This document shows positions 26,225 through 38,734 of a stretch of 64,000 nt of DNA, piece by piece. Under the pieces are notes generated by a model, which was given only the letters and a program-made list of their open reading frames with translations, had not been told where the DNA came from and ran no database searches. This DNA is from Phoronis australis. Taxonomy: Eukaryota > Animalia > Phoronida. The stretch spans positions 498,433-562,432 of the forward strand of contig NMRA01000158.1 in the NCBI GenBank assembly GCA_002633005.1. Reading direction: 5' to 3'. Numbering within the stretch: the stretch's first letter is position 1; every line of letters starts with the position of its first letter. Both the position numbers and the translations under genes were made by a program.

Positions 26225-26390
26225 CATTAACTTCAAAATCTATCTGAGACCAGTCTCCTGAGAATTCAAGCTGGGTTTCTCAAACAGAATGATGAGGGCC
26301 TCTAAGATAGTTAAACGAGACAGGTCATTCTCAAAATACAAAGGATGGGCATGAGCTATCTTACAACATCTCTTGTGGTGCTTTTCATTT
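26225..26390 (-). mobile_element. Penelope-like element GIY-YIG C-terminal fragment
   Basis: Minus-strand ENDLSRLTILEALIILFEKPSLNSQ matches the Penelope GIY-YIG tail LxILEALxIxxxKPxLNxQ. Confidence 0.65.
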
Positions 26391-28186
26391 GTCCACCTTA
26401 CCAGAGATTAGTATTTTTTACCTTACTTATGTTTAGTCACTAACTATTACTGGTAATTGTATTAGTCATATAACTGACCTTACTTGTAATTGTAATTGTA
26501 TTTGTCATATAAATGTCTGTACTTGTAATTGTATTAGTCATAATAAATAACCTTATATCGCCTACCCCAGTCTTTGTTTCATCTCTGGTCGCGAGCTTGT
26601 GATGCACAAACTATCATACATCATTCGGGACATATGTCGATCATAAATATTTTTCATGCGCTAATGGTACAAAGGCAAAAGTCCAAGAATATCCCTCTCA
26701 TCTGTTGCAACTTTCATAGATTAAATAGTACATACACTCGCATCAATTAACAAAGTTCATGCATTGGGGGCTTGTGAGATCAAGCCGTGGACCAAAAAAC
26801 AAAACTGTAACTATAAGAGCAACCATGTCAGTCTTCTTTAAAGCAGGAGCATATGTCACATGGGTACAAAAAAGACACAAAAAAGGCATTGTTTCTGATG
26901 CAGGCCAATGGGACTAAAGGTGGGACTAAAGGTGTGACAATATGGTGTTACAAAACAAGATACAGGGGCAAACGTAAAAATGCCATTAAGATGCACAGCA
27001 GTTGCCAAAACAAGTGTAGCTATATACAAATTAATGTATGGGCCTATGCATGAGACACTACTAGGGCTTCAATGCGAAACTTAGGCGCATGAGCCATTAT
27101 GCACAACACTCCCGAAAAATGTAATTTCGGATATAAACCCGCCATAGGCTTAAAGGTACAGCAATACAGTACTTTTTCATACAAAATAGAGACCATCTGC
27201 ATCAACATATGGTTAAATTGTCAACAACTTCGAATGAAAGTAAATTGCTAAAATTGATCTTTGTTCATTTGTCTGAATTATTTCATAGATCTTAAAAATG
27301 GAGAGCATTGACTTGTCATGCCTACCTATCTTTTAAGAAACAAATGAAATAAATAAAAATTCACTTGCCAGACATTTTGTGTTTGAAATTGGTGAAATTT
27401 CACTGTATTCTTAATGGAAACTACAAATCAAAGACAGACAAAGCTCACCAGTAGGCATCGCTCATTAAACAGCGGGATGAGCCTCTTCTTGGGCACAAGT
27501 GACATGTGTCTCCAAGCAGGTGGTCAGTATGGCTCAAGCTCCTGAGGATGACGGTTCACAGATGGCGAATAAACTGTCTTCCCAGTGTATGTTGTTAGGT
27601 CGAATGCACTCAGCAGGTGGTCGAGCTGGTGGAATACAGGAATGTTAGCGAATGTCTTCCATGAAGCGGCCAGGTCAGTGTTGCTTAACTATCTGTGAGC
27701 GTTGTCGTTAAACAATACAACAGATAAGACACTTAAGGCATTGTTTGTGTTGTTCACTTAACCAAAACAAAACTAAAATAATGAGCAAATGCTAAAGAGT
27801 TTTTACGCCAACATATTTAATTGGCATCTTACTGGCTGATGGTCAATTACAAGCGCTATAGAGTCGCAAGGTGGTGGAGGTGGATCCGTGGTCGGTCGAC
27901 TAAGAGGGCAGCATCCCGAAAAGATCCTACAGAAAATAAATAAAGTTCATCCATTAACAACAAATTCACAATGGGGAACCTTCAGCAGTTTTGCTCACAT
28001 GTGGGCGATACGACCAAGCTATAGGTCCCGGGCCTAAAACCAAGTCAGAATTTGCATCAGTGGCCTTGGACTATAACATGGCTCAAATTAACTATTAATA
28101 GATTTAATGTTCCGAATTGTATGAATAAAGGCGAAAAATAAATACCATCAAAGACCACCATGTTAATGGGGGGAAGTAGTTCACTC

Positions 28187-28260
28187 GCATGGCCGGCACA
28201 GCACTGAAAAAAGTGGGGGCTAAAGCTCCCCAGCCCCTCTCGTGGTGAACCGCCAATAGA
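28187..28260. repeat. Short dispersed repeat (MITE fragment); second copy at 31380-31447
   Basis: catggccgg...gcactgaaaaaagtggggg.c.aaagc.tccccagcccc is present at both sites. Confidence 0.6.
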
Positions 28261-29105
28261 CCATGGGGTGTGCCGCCCATGACTCGTTCTGTGCAATGAA
28301 TTAGGATTGAACAGGAAAACTGAGTGGTTCACCTAACCAGTTTCTCGCCACTATGTGCAAAAACTATAAGAGTACTGACGTGACTAGTTTCTCTGACAGA
28401 AAATGACAATGGATCTCCAAAAATATGAAGATTGACAGAGTGTTGAATTTTAAAATGATATAAGTATGCATGTCTAATATATTAACGACTTTGAAAGATT
28501 ATATTTTAGACCAGGAGTTTTCAATTTGGTGTTGGGTCAGATGCTTAATAAAGATAAAATTGACAAACGTAGTCTGTATTGAATAATTCACCAAAATATT
28601 ACCCATTTGTATTAAACAATTCACCAAAATTTTACCCGTTGAAGTTACATTTGCAGTACGGGGTACAATGCATTTCCCAACAGGCAACAATATTCTTCTT
28701 TAGTTGAGGTACGTTACACACACTTAATTACACAGTGCCTATGACTCGCTTGTATTGTTTGAGGATGTGGCACAGTAATACTGTCAATTGAAATATTAAC
28801 TTAAATTATCATGCAAACACGAATACTTTCACATCATTTCCCACTACGGTTACTACATGAACTTCGTGTAAACTTTGTCGATGTCTCTCTCACTAGACCA
28901 TAATAAAAGTGACGTCTATATATATAATGTACATTCATAAATGCAAAAAAAATATTACAATATTCTATCAAATGTTATTCCCACCAAATACTGCATTCTT
29001 CTCACTTGAAATCAGTTTTAATCTAATTTTTTAAACAATGCTAGTTAATTTACCATACAGACAGCTGAGTTCATGCGAAGGTTTAGGATTGCAAATTGCA
29101 ATATA

Positions 29106-30462
29106 CCGTAATCGTTCGGGTTAACGCCCATGCTCAGTTAACCGCCCACCCCTACTTTAGGTGGATTTTCGATTTAACCGCCCACTGCTCGGTTAACCGC
29201 CCCCCTGCTATTTTTGAAGATTTCCAATTAAGCGCCCACCTCTCGGTTAAGCGCCCATCCCCTACTTTTGACGATTGGTGATTACCGCCCTGTGCTAATA
29301 GGAAACGCGAATCCCCGACCTTTTAGATTAAGATCGATGATAACATTGAGTGCAACGACGGCCTCAGAGACCGCGGTTTAGCAATGTGAATTATGATACC
29401 AGTAACAAATTATTGTAACGGGTCATCGATTAACTTCAAAATGTAATACTTGAACACTTTGTCACTTTCTTTTCTTCTCATGTTCGCAAACTTTAGGAAC
29501 CGCGCTGGCGTCTACACCTCCACTTTCAGCCACAATCTCTGCCGCACTGAGTTATCGACTACAGTGCACTATATAAAAGATGCATTCGAAATAACCAGGT
29601 CAGAGAAATGTGACATTGGTTTTGCCAACCCTCTCAATGCGCTTTAGGTTGTAAGCTCTCGGGATTTTGAAGAATTCCCATAAACCGCGAAAAGTTGATA
29701 AATTCTTTATATTTTGGTGAGTGTAATTGCCGGGTTATCGAGATCCCCGTCTTTCGAGTACTCTCGTCACAGTGCATGGCAACTGAATAGTTGAACCCGA
29801 TTTCGTGATTGATTATACATTTTTATGCTTTTTGACCATTCAGACCAGGAGTACATTCTGTTATCTCGAAATAATTTTGAACTGAAATTCGGAACTGCTG
29901 GTAGTCCTTGTCTACGTGACCGTCAGTTAAGTTGTTTATTATGGGAGTGCACTGATCAAACAGGAAAAATGGGTCAGCACGTGACCACAACTGGGTTAAA
30001 ACGACAGCACAGCTACCGTCTGCTACGCAGGTGAACATGTTCAACGTCTGCGAAGTATAGTGAAATAATGAGCATAATTCGCAATAATCGGTCTCACCTG
30101 AGGCGCCATATTATGCAGCAAACTTTCTATGCAAGCGTTCGGAGTTTGACCACACTCTACATTTTCGAAACTATTTGTTAATTAGAGTGCGCAGAGTACG
30201 CACTTGGTGGCGATAAAGTTCTTTTCAAAGTGTTAGGCGATCCCAGTATGTGGCTTAGTACGTGTGGTGACTCAGATCATAAGGTAAGATTAACCGCCCA
30301 GGGCGGTTGCCTGTCGTAATAAGCGCCCATGTTCAGTTAACCGCCCCCCCCCCGATTTCTTGAAATTTCACGTTTAAGCGCCCATGTCTGGTTAACCGCC
30401 CACCCCCGATTTTTTGGGTTCGCCAATTTAACCGCCCAGGGCGTTAACCCGAACGATTACGG
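29106..30462. mobile_element. Non-autonomous Tc1/mariner-superfamily (Tc2/pogo-like) DNA transposon
   Basis: Perfect 24-bp TIR ccgtaatcgttcgggttaacgccc / gggcgttaacccgaacgattacgg, TA TSD (29104-5, 30463-4), multiple subterminal ttaaccgccc/ttaagcgccc repeats at both ends, no transposase ORF. Confidence 0.93.
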
Positions 30463-33400
30463 TAATATCTGTAACTGTCCAGGAGTGTTGCCAGCATGTA
30501 ACATTTGAGTTTTTTCTGCCCAACATTTATGCGAGCCTAAGTGAGACTGTGACAAACCAGTCATAATTTCACAAATTAATGCTTGTGGGTTAGCTGCGAT
30601 ACTGAAGAAAATCTATTTGCCAATTAATTTCTCTTATGGTGAATAGATTTTAATTCAAAGACAGATACTATTTACTTTTCAATTTTAAAAACATGTTGGA
30701 CGTTTGTCTTTTTTTACTTTGAAGCTAGTATCCTAAACAGGCATGTTGGTTGACTGTAATTATCTCATTCAGCAGAATCACCTAGGCCCATGAACAGTGA
30801 CTAGATCACTTCAATCCGTAATCGCACCATCAAACCTTTGGTGTACTGAGAAATTTGCTGCATACTCTGGGATAAATAGTGCAAGCATTGGTCCACTAGT
30901 AGAGTGCAAATCCTGTTAGCGTAATTGAGACTTGTGTGACTAGCAACACCTTCAGTTGGCCGAGGAGACTGCCAGATTCGTAACTTAAACAACAAAATCA
31001 GTTAGGAACAGCCAGTCTTCAAACAAAATGCACCCAGGCTATCTTATACCGATTTGAATTCAGCATGGAACCTCAATCGGTAGGTCAATCTTAGTATTCA
31101 GGCACAATTTGAGAAGGACAAATGACGTACCTTTTTAAAAATTTGATTGTTGCATCGACGTTCATTCATGTATTTCAAAATATGTAGCTGGACTTTAACT
31201 GACGGACAAAATTGTTGAACCGTGACAAACAACATTGATCATGATCAATAATTTTAAAATTTCCTCTAGGGTACGATTAGTGATTTTCAATGAAATTTCA
31301 TCACGAATAATTTTCAAGCTAATTCTTTGAACCTCAGTGTTCTGAGTTTCAACTGAGAGTTTGCTGGCGCACTCAATTGCATGGCCGGTCATGGGCGCCG
31401 CAGCGGCACTGAAAAAAGTGGGGGGCGAAAGCCTCCCCAGCCCCATCTAGCCTATGGTGCATAGCCCATGTAATGCCAATGATTGATTAGTCTGAGGCAG
31501 TGAGGCCTATTCAGCAATGTACTCAAATTTCATGCTTGGCGTGCCAACGAACATAATTTTTGACAGCTGAGCCTGAGAATGCTGATCCCACAGTCAAGTC
31601 ATACTCCCGGATTCGAGACTAATTCCATGTCGTTTTAAAAGCAACAAAGACTCGGTCGAATTTTCATAACGTCCGGAATTAACTAGCGTGATTCATGCCA
31701 CTCTGGGGCACTGAATTGCAGAATACGTTCAGTAGAAATAAACGCCTGAACCGACTAACTGACCTTTAGTTTCGCGTAGGCTGAGTAGCAGTCGCGCTAG
31801 CACCGTGCGCACGGGCAATGTTGCTGCTATCAGCAAACCGTAGACCGTAGGCCTAAAGTGGCTGGTGTTTATTATAACAACAACATGATTGGTACAACAA
31901 ATGACTTTTGATGATACTCATCGACACTACAATCAAAATTCAAATAATTTTAAGTAATATTTAGCCTAGTTCGGTCAGGCGGGAGAAGTGTCGAAGCCCA
32001 AAATAGCGGTAGGCTCAGTGTTGTGCTCCTGCAGTCGGGACAGGTGGGACCACCGGCCCCCATGTACTCAAGGGTGTGTGTTTTTATATGACCCGGATAC
32101 AATTTTGAAATCTTAATAGCGTATACTCAACAAATTTCTGTATCACGTGGTCGTGGTCCTTATATTTGCCGCGCAATATTTTTTTGAAAATCGTTCAACG
32201 CGCCATCCGGCGGCCGATTTCAGTAAGAGCTATAGGTGTCATCCTGCGTAAGCTCGCGAAGTCTTGTTTTTTAGTGAGGTCCTAGCGTTATTGAACTCTA
32301 CCTTTGTATGAAAGGTTTTAGGTACAAACAATGAGCTTTATCTCACTGTGTCCAGATAAAACGATAGCCGGGCTTCTCGAAAGAAATTGTAGTACAGTGA
32401 GTAGAAAATCAGTAATGAATTTAAGTGTGGTGATCTCTGTGCTCAGCGGTCTATGTAGCCAGTACGGACGGGTCTTATTTTTCCGGCCGGCTGAAGTCCC
32501 GCATGGGTCTGAGTCCGTTCTCGCCGGTTTCGATAACCGCTTATCGTTAGGGTGATGCAAAATTCGAAGAGATTCTAAACTTTTGAGTGTGCTACTGTTT
32601 TATTAGTATTCTGTGCTCTTTACTAGGCGAAATTAGCCTCATACCCTATGCGCTTTTCCAAACAACTCAGATGAAATATATTTTGGAGCCATTATGCAAA
32701 AGGGTAAAACGTTGGGCAGATTTAAATGATAAATTATCGTCGTGACGTGATGTATTTAAACATTTTTGTCCGTTCAAGATTTTGCTCTGCGTGGCCTTTT
32801 TCGCATTAATTTAAATCATTGGGGAAATCTATTATCAGTGGCAAATTCTTTATTGTTGAATTAATTTTTGTTTCTACTCTACAAAAAGTTTGAACAGGGC
32901 GTCATTTTCTGCATTTTTGCCTAGTCTTTCATGTATTTTGAACTTGAGAGCCCCGTATTAATTATTCTTTTAGCACTGACGTGGTCCAACAGTCGTCATG
33001 TCTCATTTAAACTATGGTTAGCTTAGAAGGACTGTCTGTTAAACTTCTAGAACGGTCACGAGCGATAAGATGTATTCTAGTCATGGTTTTCAGTAAATTT
33101 CCACGGTGGTTTCCATTATGGCGGCAAAAAACTAACACTTGAAAACTACTGTGTTGGTTCACGTTTTGTGATGAAGCCCTGTCAAAATATGCAAACCATA
33201 ATTGACATTTTGCAAGAACTCAAGCTAGCAAATAAAGAGAATTGCCGTTTCCACAATTCAGCGATAACTAACAACGCTGCATCGAAAACTAACGCCAACG
33301 TTTAGTCATTAATGTTGAATTCCGAAGCGTTCGAGGTTTAAAAACATTAAAAGGCTCGTCCGATCTTGAATTATTATCGAAGAAGTTGACAACAAAACTT

Positions 33401-33899
33401 AATAATGATAAGAAAGTCCGTAATTTAAGAGAAAGGCAAATTTATCACAAACACATCAAGAGCCAAAATGCAATCACACTTTTTAAAACTGTCTCACTGG
33501 AATGACATCTTTGCTCAGCTTTTTTCATTCGTACCCAACTTTTTATTTTTGCTCATCTCAATGGACAATTGTTGTGGTTCATACACCAAATAACCCCAAG
33601 CACATGGCCTGCGCCGTTATGCATTTTGTTGTCAATTATCAGTGTTTGCATGGCAATCATTTTCGAAAAAATATAACGTCGACTTAACAATAAAAGCAGA
33701 GTACTTACTGGGTGATGGATCCACAGAACCTGTTAAGGTGATCTGTGAAAGGCGTTCTCACTTGCTCAGGCACTCCACACAATATATTACATAGATCTCG
33801 TAGTAGTAGTAGTAGTAGTAAGGTTTCGTAAATCGCAGTAGTAATCGCACATATCTCTTGTCTCAATACCAGTGGGTTTCTGGTTCGAAAAGCAATATT

Positions 33900-34140
33900 C
33901 AGTTGAATCTCACTGGCGGGAAATACAAGTTACGTGACAAGGAGCTTCCCGCTTTCACTCCCCGTTGTTCTATTGGATGCACTCAATGGGCAGTGCCGAC
34001 AAACAGCAGTTAGGTCGCGCCCACCGTGGTTACCTGTTGCGAAGTCCCGCTGAGCGCAAACCAAAAATGGAAACAGGTTCTACGAACTACATGAACAGGT
34101 TCTTTTCAATGGAGTTCGCGATGTGGCGCCAAAGTATCCC
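33900..34140 (-). promoter_or_regulatory. CpG-rich housekeeping-type promoter
   Basis: E2F-like ggcgggaaa (~33915) and ggcgccaaa (~34125), CCAAT (attgg ~33973), ZNF143/Ronin-like gaactaca (~34084), tcgcga (~34116), YY1-like ccatttt, and a pyrimidine-rich start cctgtttccattttt followed by a splice donor at 34033. Confidence 0.55.
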
Positions 34141-37100
34141 AAAAGATCTTAGGGGGAAGAGGGAATAATTAATAGAGCCCATTCATAGATGGCTTACAAA
34201 TTCACATCAACTGTGAGCTTTATTCGTGTGTCAGATCGCGTCTGGGTGCCGCTGTTATTTACAAAGCACAAGTATAACTGTAACTGTATATGAGGCGGGT
34301 TGGGGGGGGGCAGTAGTAGCTAGGAGGGGAAACGTTGGGCAAGGAAAGAAAATGGTGGGCAAAGAAATTCATTCATATTGTGTAGCATTTCAGATGAGAA
34401 AAAGTGTTTCAAGAGGACTCACTGACGGTGATAAAATTTGCCTTGTACACTTTAACTGTGGGTTTTCTTAGCATTTTTAACTGCCATTCTACGCGGACGA
34501 TTCTAGGATCACCGACTTAGATCTTGAAAAAATGCGTGTACATACATCCTGGTGATTTTTTTCAAAAGGTTTTATTTCACAAACTATTCGGGCCCGAAAG
34601 AGGATCACATTTTGGCCCACGTAGGTAAAGTAAGTGAAGCAGTTTTAAAACGGTGCAAATGAAAGGTAGAGAAAAAAATTTTATAATATTTTTGTAAAAA
34701 TTGAACCTCTCTCTCAGAAGAGTCTTTTCACTTTTAAAGAGATTTCCCACCTAAATTGGAGCGCAAAAATGTGGTCAATTTTGCCCCTTTTTGTGTTTAG
34801 CCATTTATGATGTGCTTTGGGGGCCAAGTGGTGGGATGCTGGTGATTTCAAATGTTTTCTTGTCAATTTTCTGTATGACTAGGAAACTTAAAAAAATAAA
34901 AGGGCTTTTTGTTTGTTTCCAACTAGCCTGGATGGAGAGAACATACTACTGTATCTCGTTCTTGATTACGGACATTCGGCAGTTGTAACTCGTGAAGGTG
35001 TTTCGTTGTTTTTTTGCAAATACATTTTAAGGACTTATGACAATGGTGGGCGTCCATTTTTTATGATTTGACGCTGGCCCCCGTTGTGGTTTCTATAACT
35101 TGATTTCTTCGGTGAAATTTCATAAATTTGGTCAAATTGTTTCTATCCAGGAAACAGTGGCACATGTATGTTTTCGAATGATTCTAACCTGTGCTCTCCC
35201 ACCATATATCTAACTTGTGCCCACCCCCACCTCTCCCAGCTGACGGATGCTGTGCCCTCATAACGTCCAGTTGTTTCCGGCGATCTACTTATTCTCCAAT
35301 CGATGTGAGGGTTTCTTCCCGTTTTACATCCGATGGGGTTTCTCATGGTACTTTTAATCCTCATAGAGAATGATTTTGACGGATCGTCTTTTGTGCAAGC
35401 GAATAAAGCGTACCGGTAATTCGTAAAAGATACCCCCTACTAGCTATACTGGTACTAATCAAACTCATTACTGTCGTACGAAGGTCCACCCACCTTCGTA
35501 CGTCAGTCATGACGTACACGCGAGTCAGGACAAGCAATCAATTCAATTTTGAAGAACAAAAACTCATTGCTTAATACTACTGGAAACTAAAAACACCAAG
35601 GAAGTTCAAACACAACCTCTCCAAGCAATGAATTTAATTTTATGTATTAAAGGATTTTAAAACGTTTTTTCTATCTATGATTTGTGAGTCCCAATTTCAT
35701 CAATGTCTGAGAGTTATTTTAGATATGCAAAAATCGTCTATAAGTGTACTTTACAATTTGGGGATCGGATTACAGAGTTTTTCTAACTTCAGGCTGCACT
35801 TAAATTCACTAAAACATCACCAATTCTTACAAGATTAGCTTCTAATTGTCAAAAATCATCTATGAATCTATCGATATTCGTAGATACACAAACAAGTAAA
35901 TCAGAAGCCAACGAATTTTTTTATCAAAACGGAATGTTATAAGCAATTTCCGGGGGGAATATGGGAGATGGGACATTCTTATTAAGGTGTATTTTTGCTC
36001 ATTTCAGAGGTACCTATAATAGTTCACGAGGTAAACTTGAACTCCACTGACAAAAAAACCCTCAAATCTTTGTTTATGATTGCGAGAGTTCTTTGAACAC
36101 GCCTTTTCGACATGTACATGGTCATCACGAATACTAGCCTAGACAGCAGTGTTTTCTACATGTGAGAATTCCTTACAAACAACTCATAGTAACCATATTC
36201 AAAAGAGACACCATTCGTGTCATACTACGGGAAACAGTAACATTATTTTATAACTAACCATCGGAAAAAGTCCTTTTGTGTAATTCACAAATAATGGTCT
36301 TCACGTTCTTCAAAATTCCACCCTTCCGATGATGGCAATCATACCGTATTTTTTCACATTTTTGGTTGTTTGGGTCGAATGGCTGTGCTGTGCACGAATG
36401 TTTTGGGGATTTTTGTGAATTTGGTATCTCAACTTGATATCTCATCGTGAATACTTGGCAGTGTCGGATTCACATGTACAGAGGGACAAAGGGACATTTC
36501 CCTCGAACTGGTCCACCGAGAGAGGGTACCGTCTGAAATGGGACACCTTAAGATGAAATATGAATATCATTAAGCTTGGAAAAAAGAGTGACAGTGCATT
36601 CCACCGTCGTGTGGTCCCAAAACGATGTAGAGAGTGACCCCCTTCAACATGAAAGCCGGTTGCACGATTTCACAAAAACAGGAAAAGAGAGGTAATCGAT
36701 TCCACCATTGGGCCCTCTCTCCGTGAGCGTCCCCTTAAGAATTTGTCAATAAAAACACAAAAAGGTGGCCACTTGAATGTCATCAATGGCCTCCTTCACT
36801 CCTCCAAGAGCGAGGCCCCTAAACATCAAAATATCTATATTTTCAAATATCAGGAAATGCGCAGCAATTGATGTTATTTGTTAGGTCATTAATTTTTCTC
36901 AAATAATATACAGTTTGGATAAAAAATAGAGCGAAATTTGTCTCCGGTATCCGGGGCATCTGGAAAAATACAGTTTCGCATTCGCAAAATTGACTTATTG
37001 AATTTAAAAATCCAGTAAATTAATACGCTCCGCAAAAGCTCCGCTTTAAAAATTTTCTCGATTTTTCGAAATATATGTATGATTGATTTCGTGCACATTT

Positions 37101-37294
37101 TCAAGTGCGTTTAGACGACCTGTGCTGCAAAAGAGGAGACCCTAACGACAATGTCCTGTCCCCCTGCTTCCTACGGCCCTGCACTAACTTTCCTTGTTAC
37201 ACACATTTAATTAAGTGAAAAACAGCCTAATAAACCTGATTTTGTAGTGTAATTTTCCGGCCTTTGTAACAAAGAAGGGGTTCAGAGATATCGG

Positions 37295-37635
37295 GCACGA
37301 TATAGGGAAAAGTGAAAACGCGCATTTTAAAATGTGTCGATTATTGACGATGCAGTCCAGCTACCCCCAGGTTAGCGGAGGACAGATTTGAGGTTTGCGC
37401 ACCGGTTGTTCCGCCCGGCGACGGAAAGCGAGCGCCGGCGGTGCACTGGTAAATTCACAGGCCGCGCATGATCGGACGTTTCCGCGGGTTTTCCGTCGCG
37501 AAACGAAATGTGTCGATTACGTTGTCCAAATCGACACATTTTCAAGTTAAATGTGCGTTTTCATTTTGCTATACCGTGCCACTGTTGGAGTTCAAAACGC
37601 GCGTTTTCACTAAGTTTCCCGGCCTATATCGTGCC
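37295..37635. mobile_element. GC-rich MITE with complex inverted termini
   Basis: ggcacgatatagggaaaagtgaaaacgcgc is inverted at gcgcgttttcact...cctatatcgtgcc; internal aaatgtgtcgatt/aatcgacacattt repeats. Confidence 0.65.
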
Positions 37636-38374
37636 ATATGGTGTGTGACCAAGGTGTTCAGCCGTAAGTGCCCGCGAAAGGACAGATCGTAAGATTTTTT
37701 AACGACTTGAAACTTACTTTTTCTACATCCTCTATTTTTCTGAGTAGGAACAACGGCAGTAGCTAACAAGTATACAAATGCTGATCCAAAACCCCGTAAC
37801 GTAAAATTTTCAGAGCAGCTCCAGAGGACATGGCTAAAGTCAGGACACGGCGTACTATATAGCAAAGATTCTATATCTCAATTGGTAATTATAAAATCTT
37901 TGCTAACACTAGCTAAGGCAACTCGGTCGTTGTGGGTTTTTCACGAAAGTCGTCGCTCTCGTCGAGTAGAGGCCGTAAACTTATTTGTGGTGGACAAGGC
38001 CGGGCGTCGCGTGAGATTCACAAGTGCCACTGAGATATCGCCATCTGTAGTTGACGCTATTCCTTGCGTCTGCTCCGGCACTCTAACTCAAACATTCAAC
38101 ATGTCCCTGTCGAGAAAAATCTTAAAAAGGACTCAGATGTCATACAGCACCCCCGACTCAGGAAAGCAATAAATGTGAATGGCGCGCTGCCACGTAGGAA
38201 ATTTCTAAAGTGTGAATTTCAACATTGTGAAATTTCCGGAAACAAAGAAACCTTGTGGTTAGTATCAAAAGACAATCAATCAAGCATTAAAAAAGTATCG
38301 CGCCACAATTCTATTCCCCCAGACACCCAGAAAACAAATACCAGAACCAGCTATCTTATTGGTGCGTCTTTAGG

Positions 38375-38500
38375 CTCATTGGCCATATCCGAAATAATGG
38401 CTTTCACGCGGCCTCTTTTTACCCAAGTGGTTCGCATATCGTTTCACATATACGCGCAGTTACGCACAGACGCCCAAGAGCCTAATGTCACGGCAAAGGC
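38375..38500 (+). repeat. Dispersed repeat; second copy at 60015-60155
   Basis: Shared ttttacccaagtggttcgcata ... cacagacgccca.g.gcctaatg.cacggcaa. Confidence 0.7.
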
Positions 38501-38515
38501 GACCCAGTCTCTGAC

Positions 38516-38734
38516 CGTGCGCGCACCCAGGGGGGGGGGNAAGGTCCGCCCCCGAGCGACAAAAAGTCCGAGAAAATGGGACAAAAGCCCACTAAATAAG
38601 GGCAAACGCACAATTCACAGAGGTGCTCCCGTTTTTTCTTCTTTTTTTAGTCCGCCCGCCCCTTTGTTAGCAAATGCGGGTTTACAACGTCGGGAATTCG
38701 AGCCCCCCCATATCGAACGCTGGGTGCGCGCATG
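38516..38734. mobile_element. Small MITE (Harbinger-like)
   Basis: TIR cgtgcgcgcacccag / ctgggtgcgcgcatg with G/C runs inside. Confidence 0.65.

Larger units (their letters stand above)
24977..26648. mobile_element. Element with long terminal inverted repeats (24977-25161 and 26389-26648) enclosing retrotransposon fragments
   Basis: tttatgatcgacatatgtcccgaat...gtaggcgacataagg...aatctctggtaagatgggcaa is matched in reverse by ttgtccaccttaccagagatt...ccttatatcgcctac...attcgggacatatgtcgatcataaa; right arm carries extra ttgtaattgtattagtcata units. Confidence 0.8.
24300..34077 (-). ncRNA. Putative spliced long non-coding transcript (possible small-RNA host gene)
   Basis: Chain of good minus-strand splice signals: exons ~34077-34034 (CAG|gtaacc), 33742-33709 (cctttcacag| ... 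CCA|gtaagt), 30845-30782, 27926-27833 (ttttctgtag| ... |gtaaga), 27692-27449 (|gtgagc), and an acceptor at 24521 (tttttctttctttag|); no long spliced ORF. Confidence 0.4.

Noticed and set aside
31090-31285. C/D snoRNA from the minus-strand GTGATGA at 31277-31283
   Set aside because: The nearest CTGA D box is ~180 nt away with no terminal stem.
31760-32600. CpG-rich stretch as a second promoter
   Set aside because: No associated exon or clear motif cluster; could equally be a transposon remnant.
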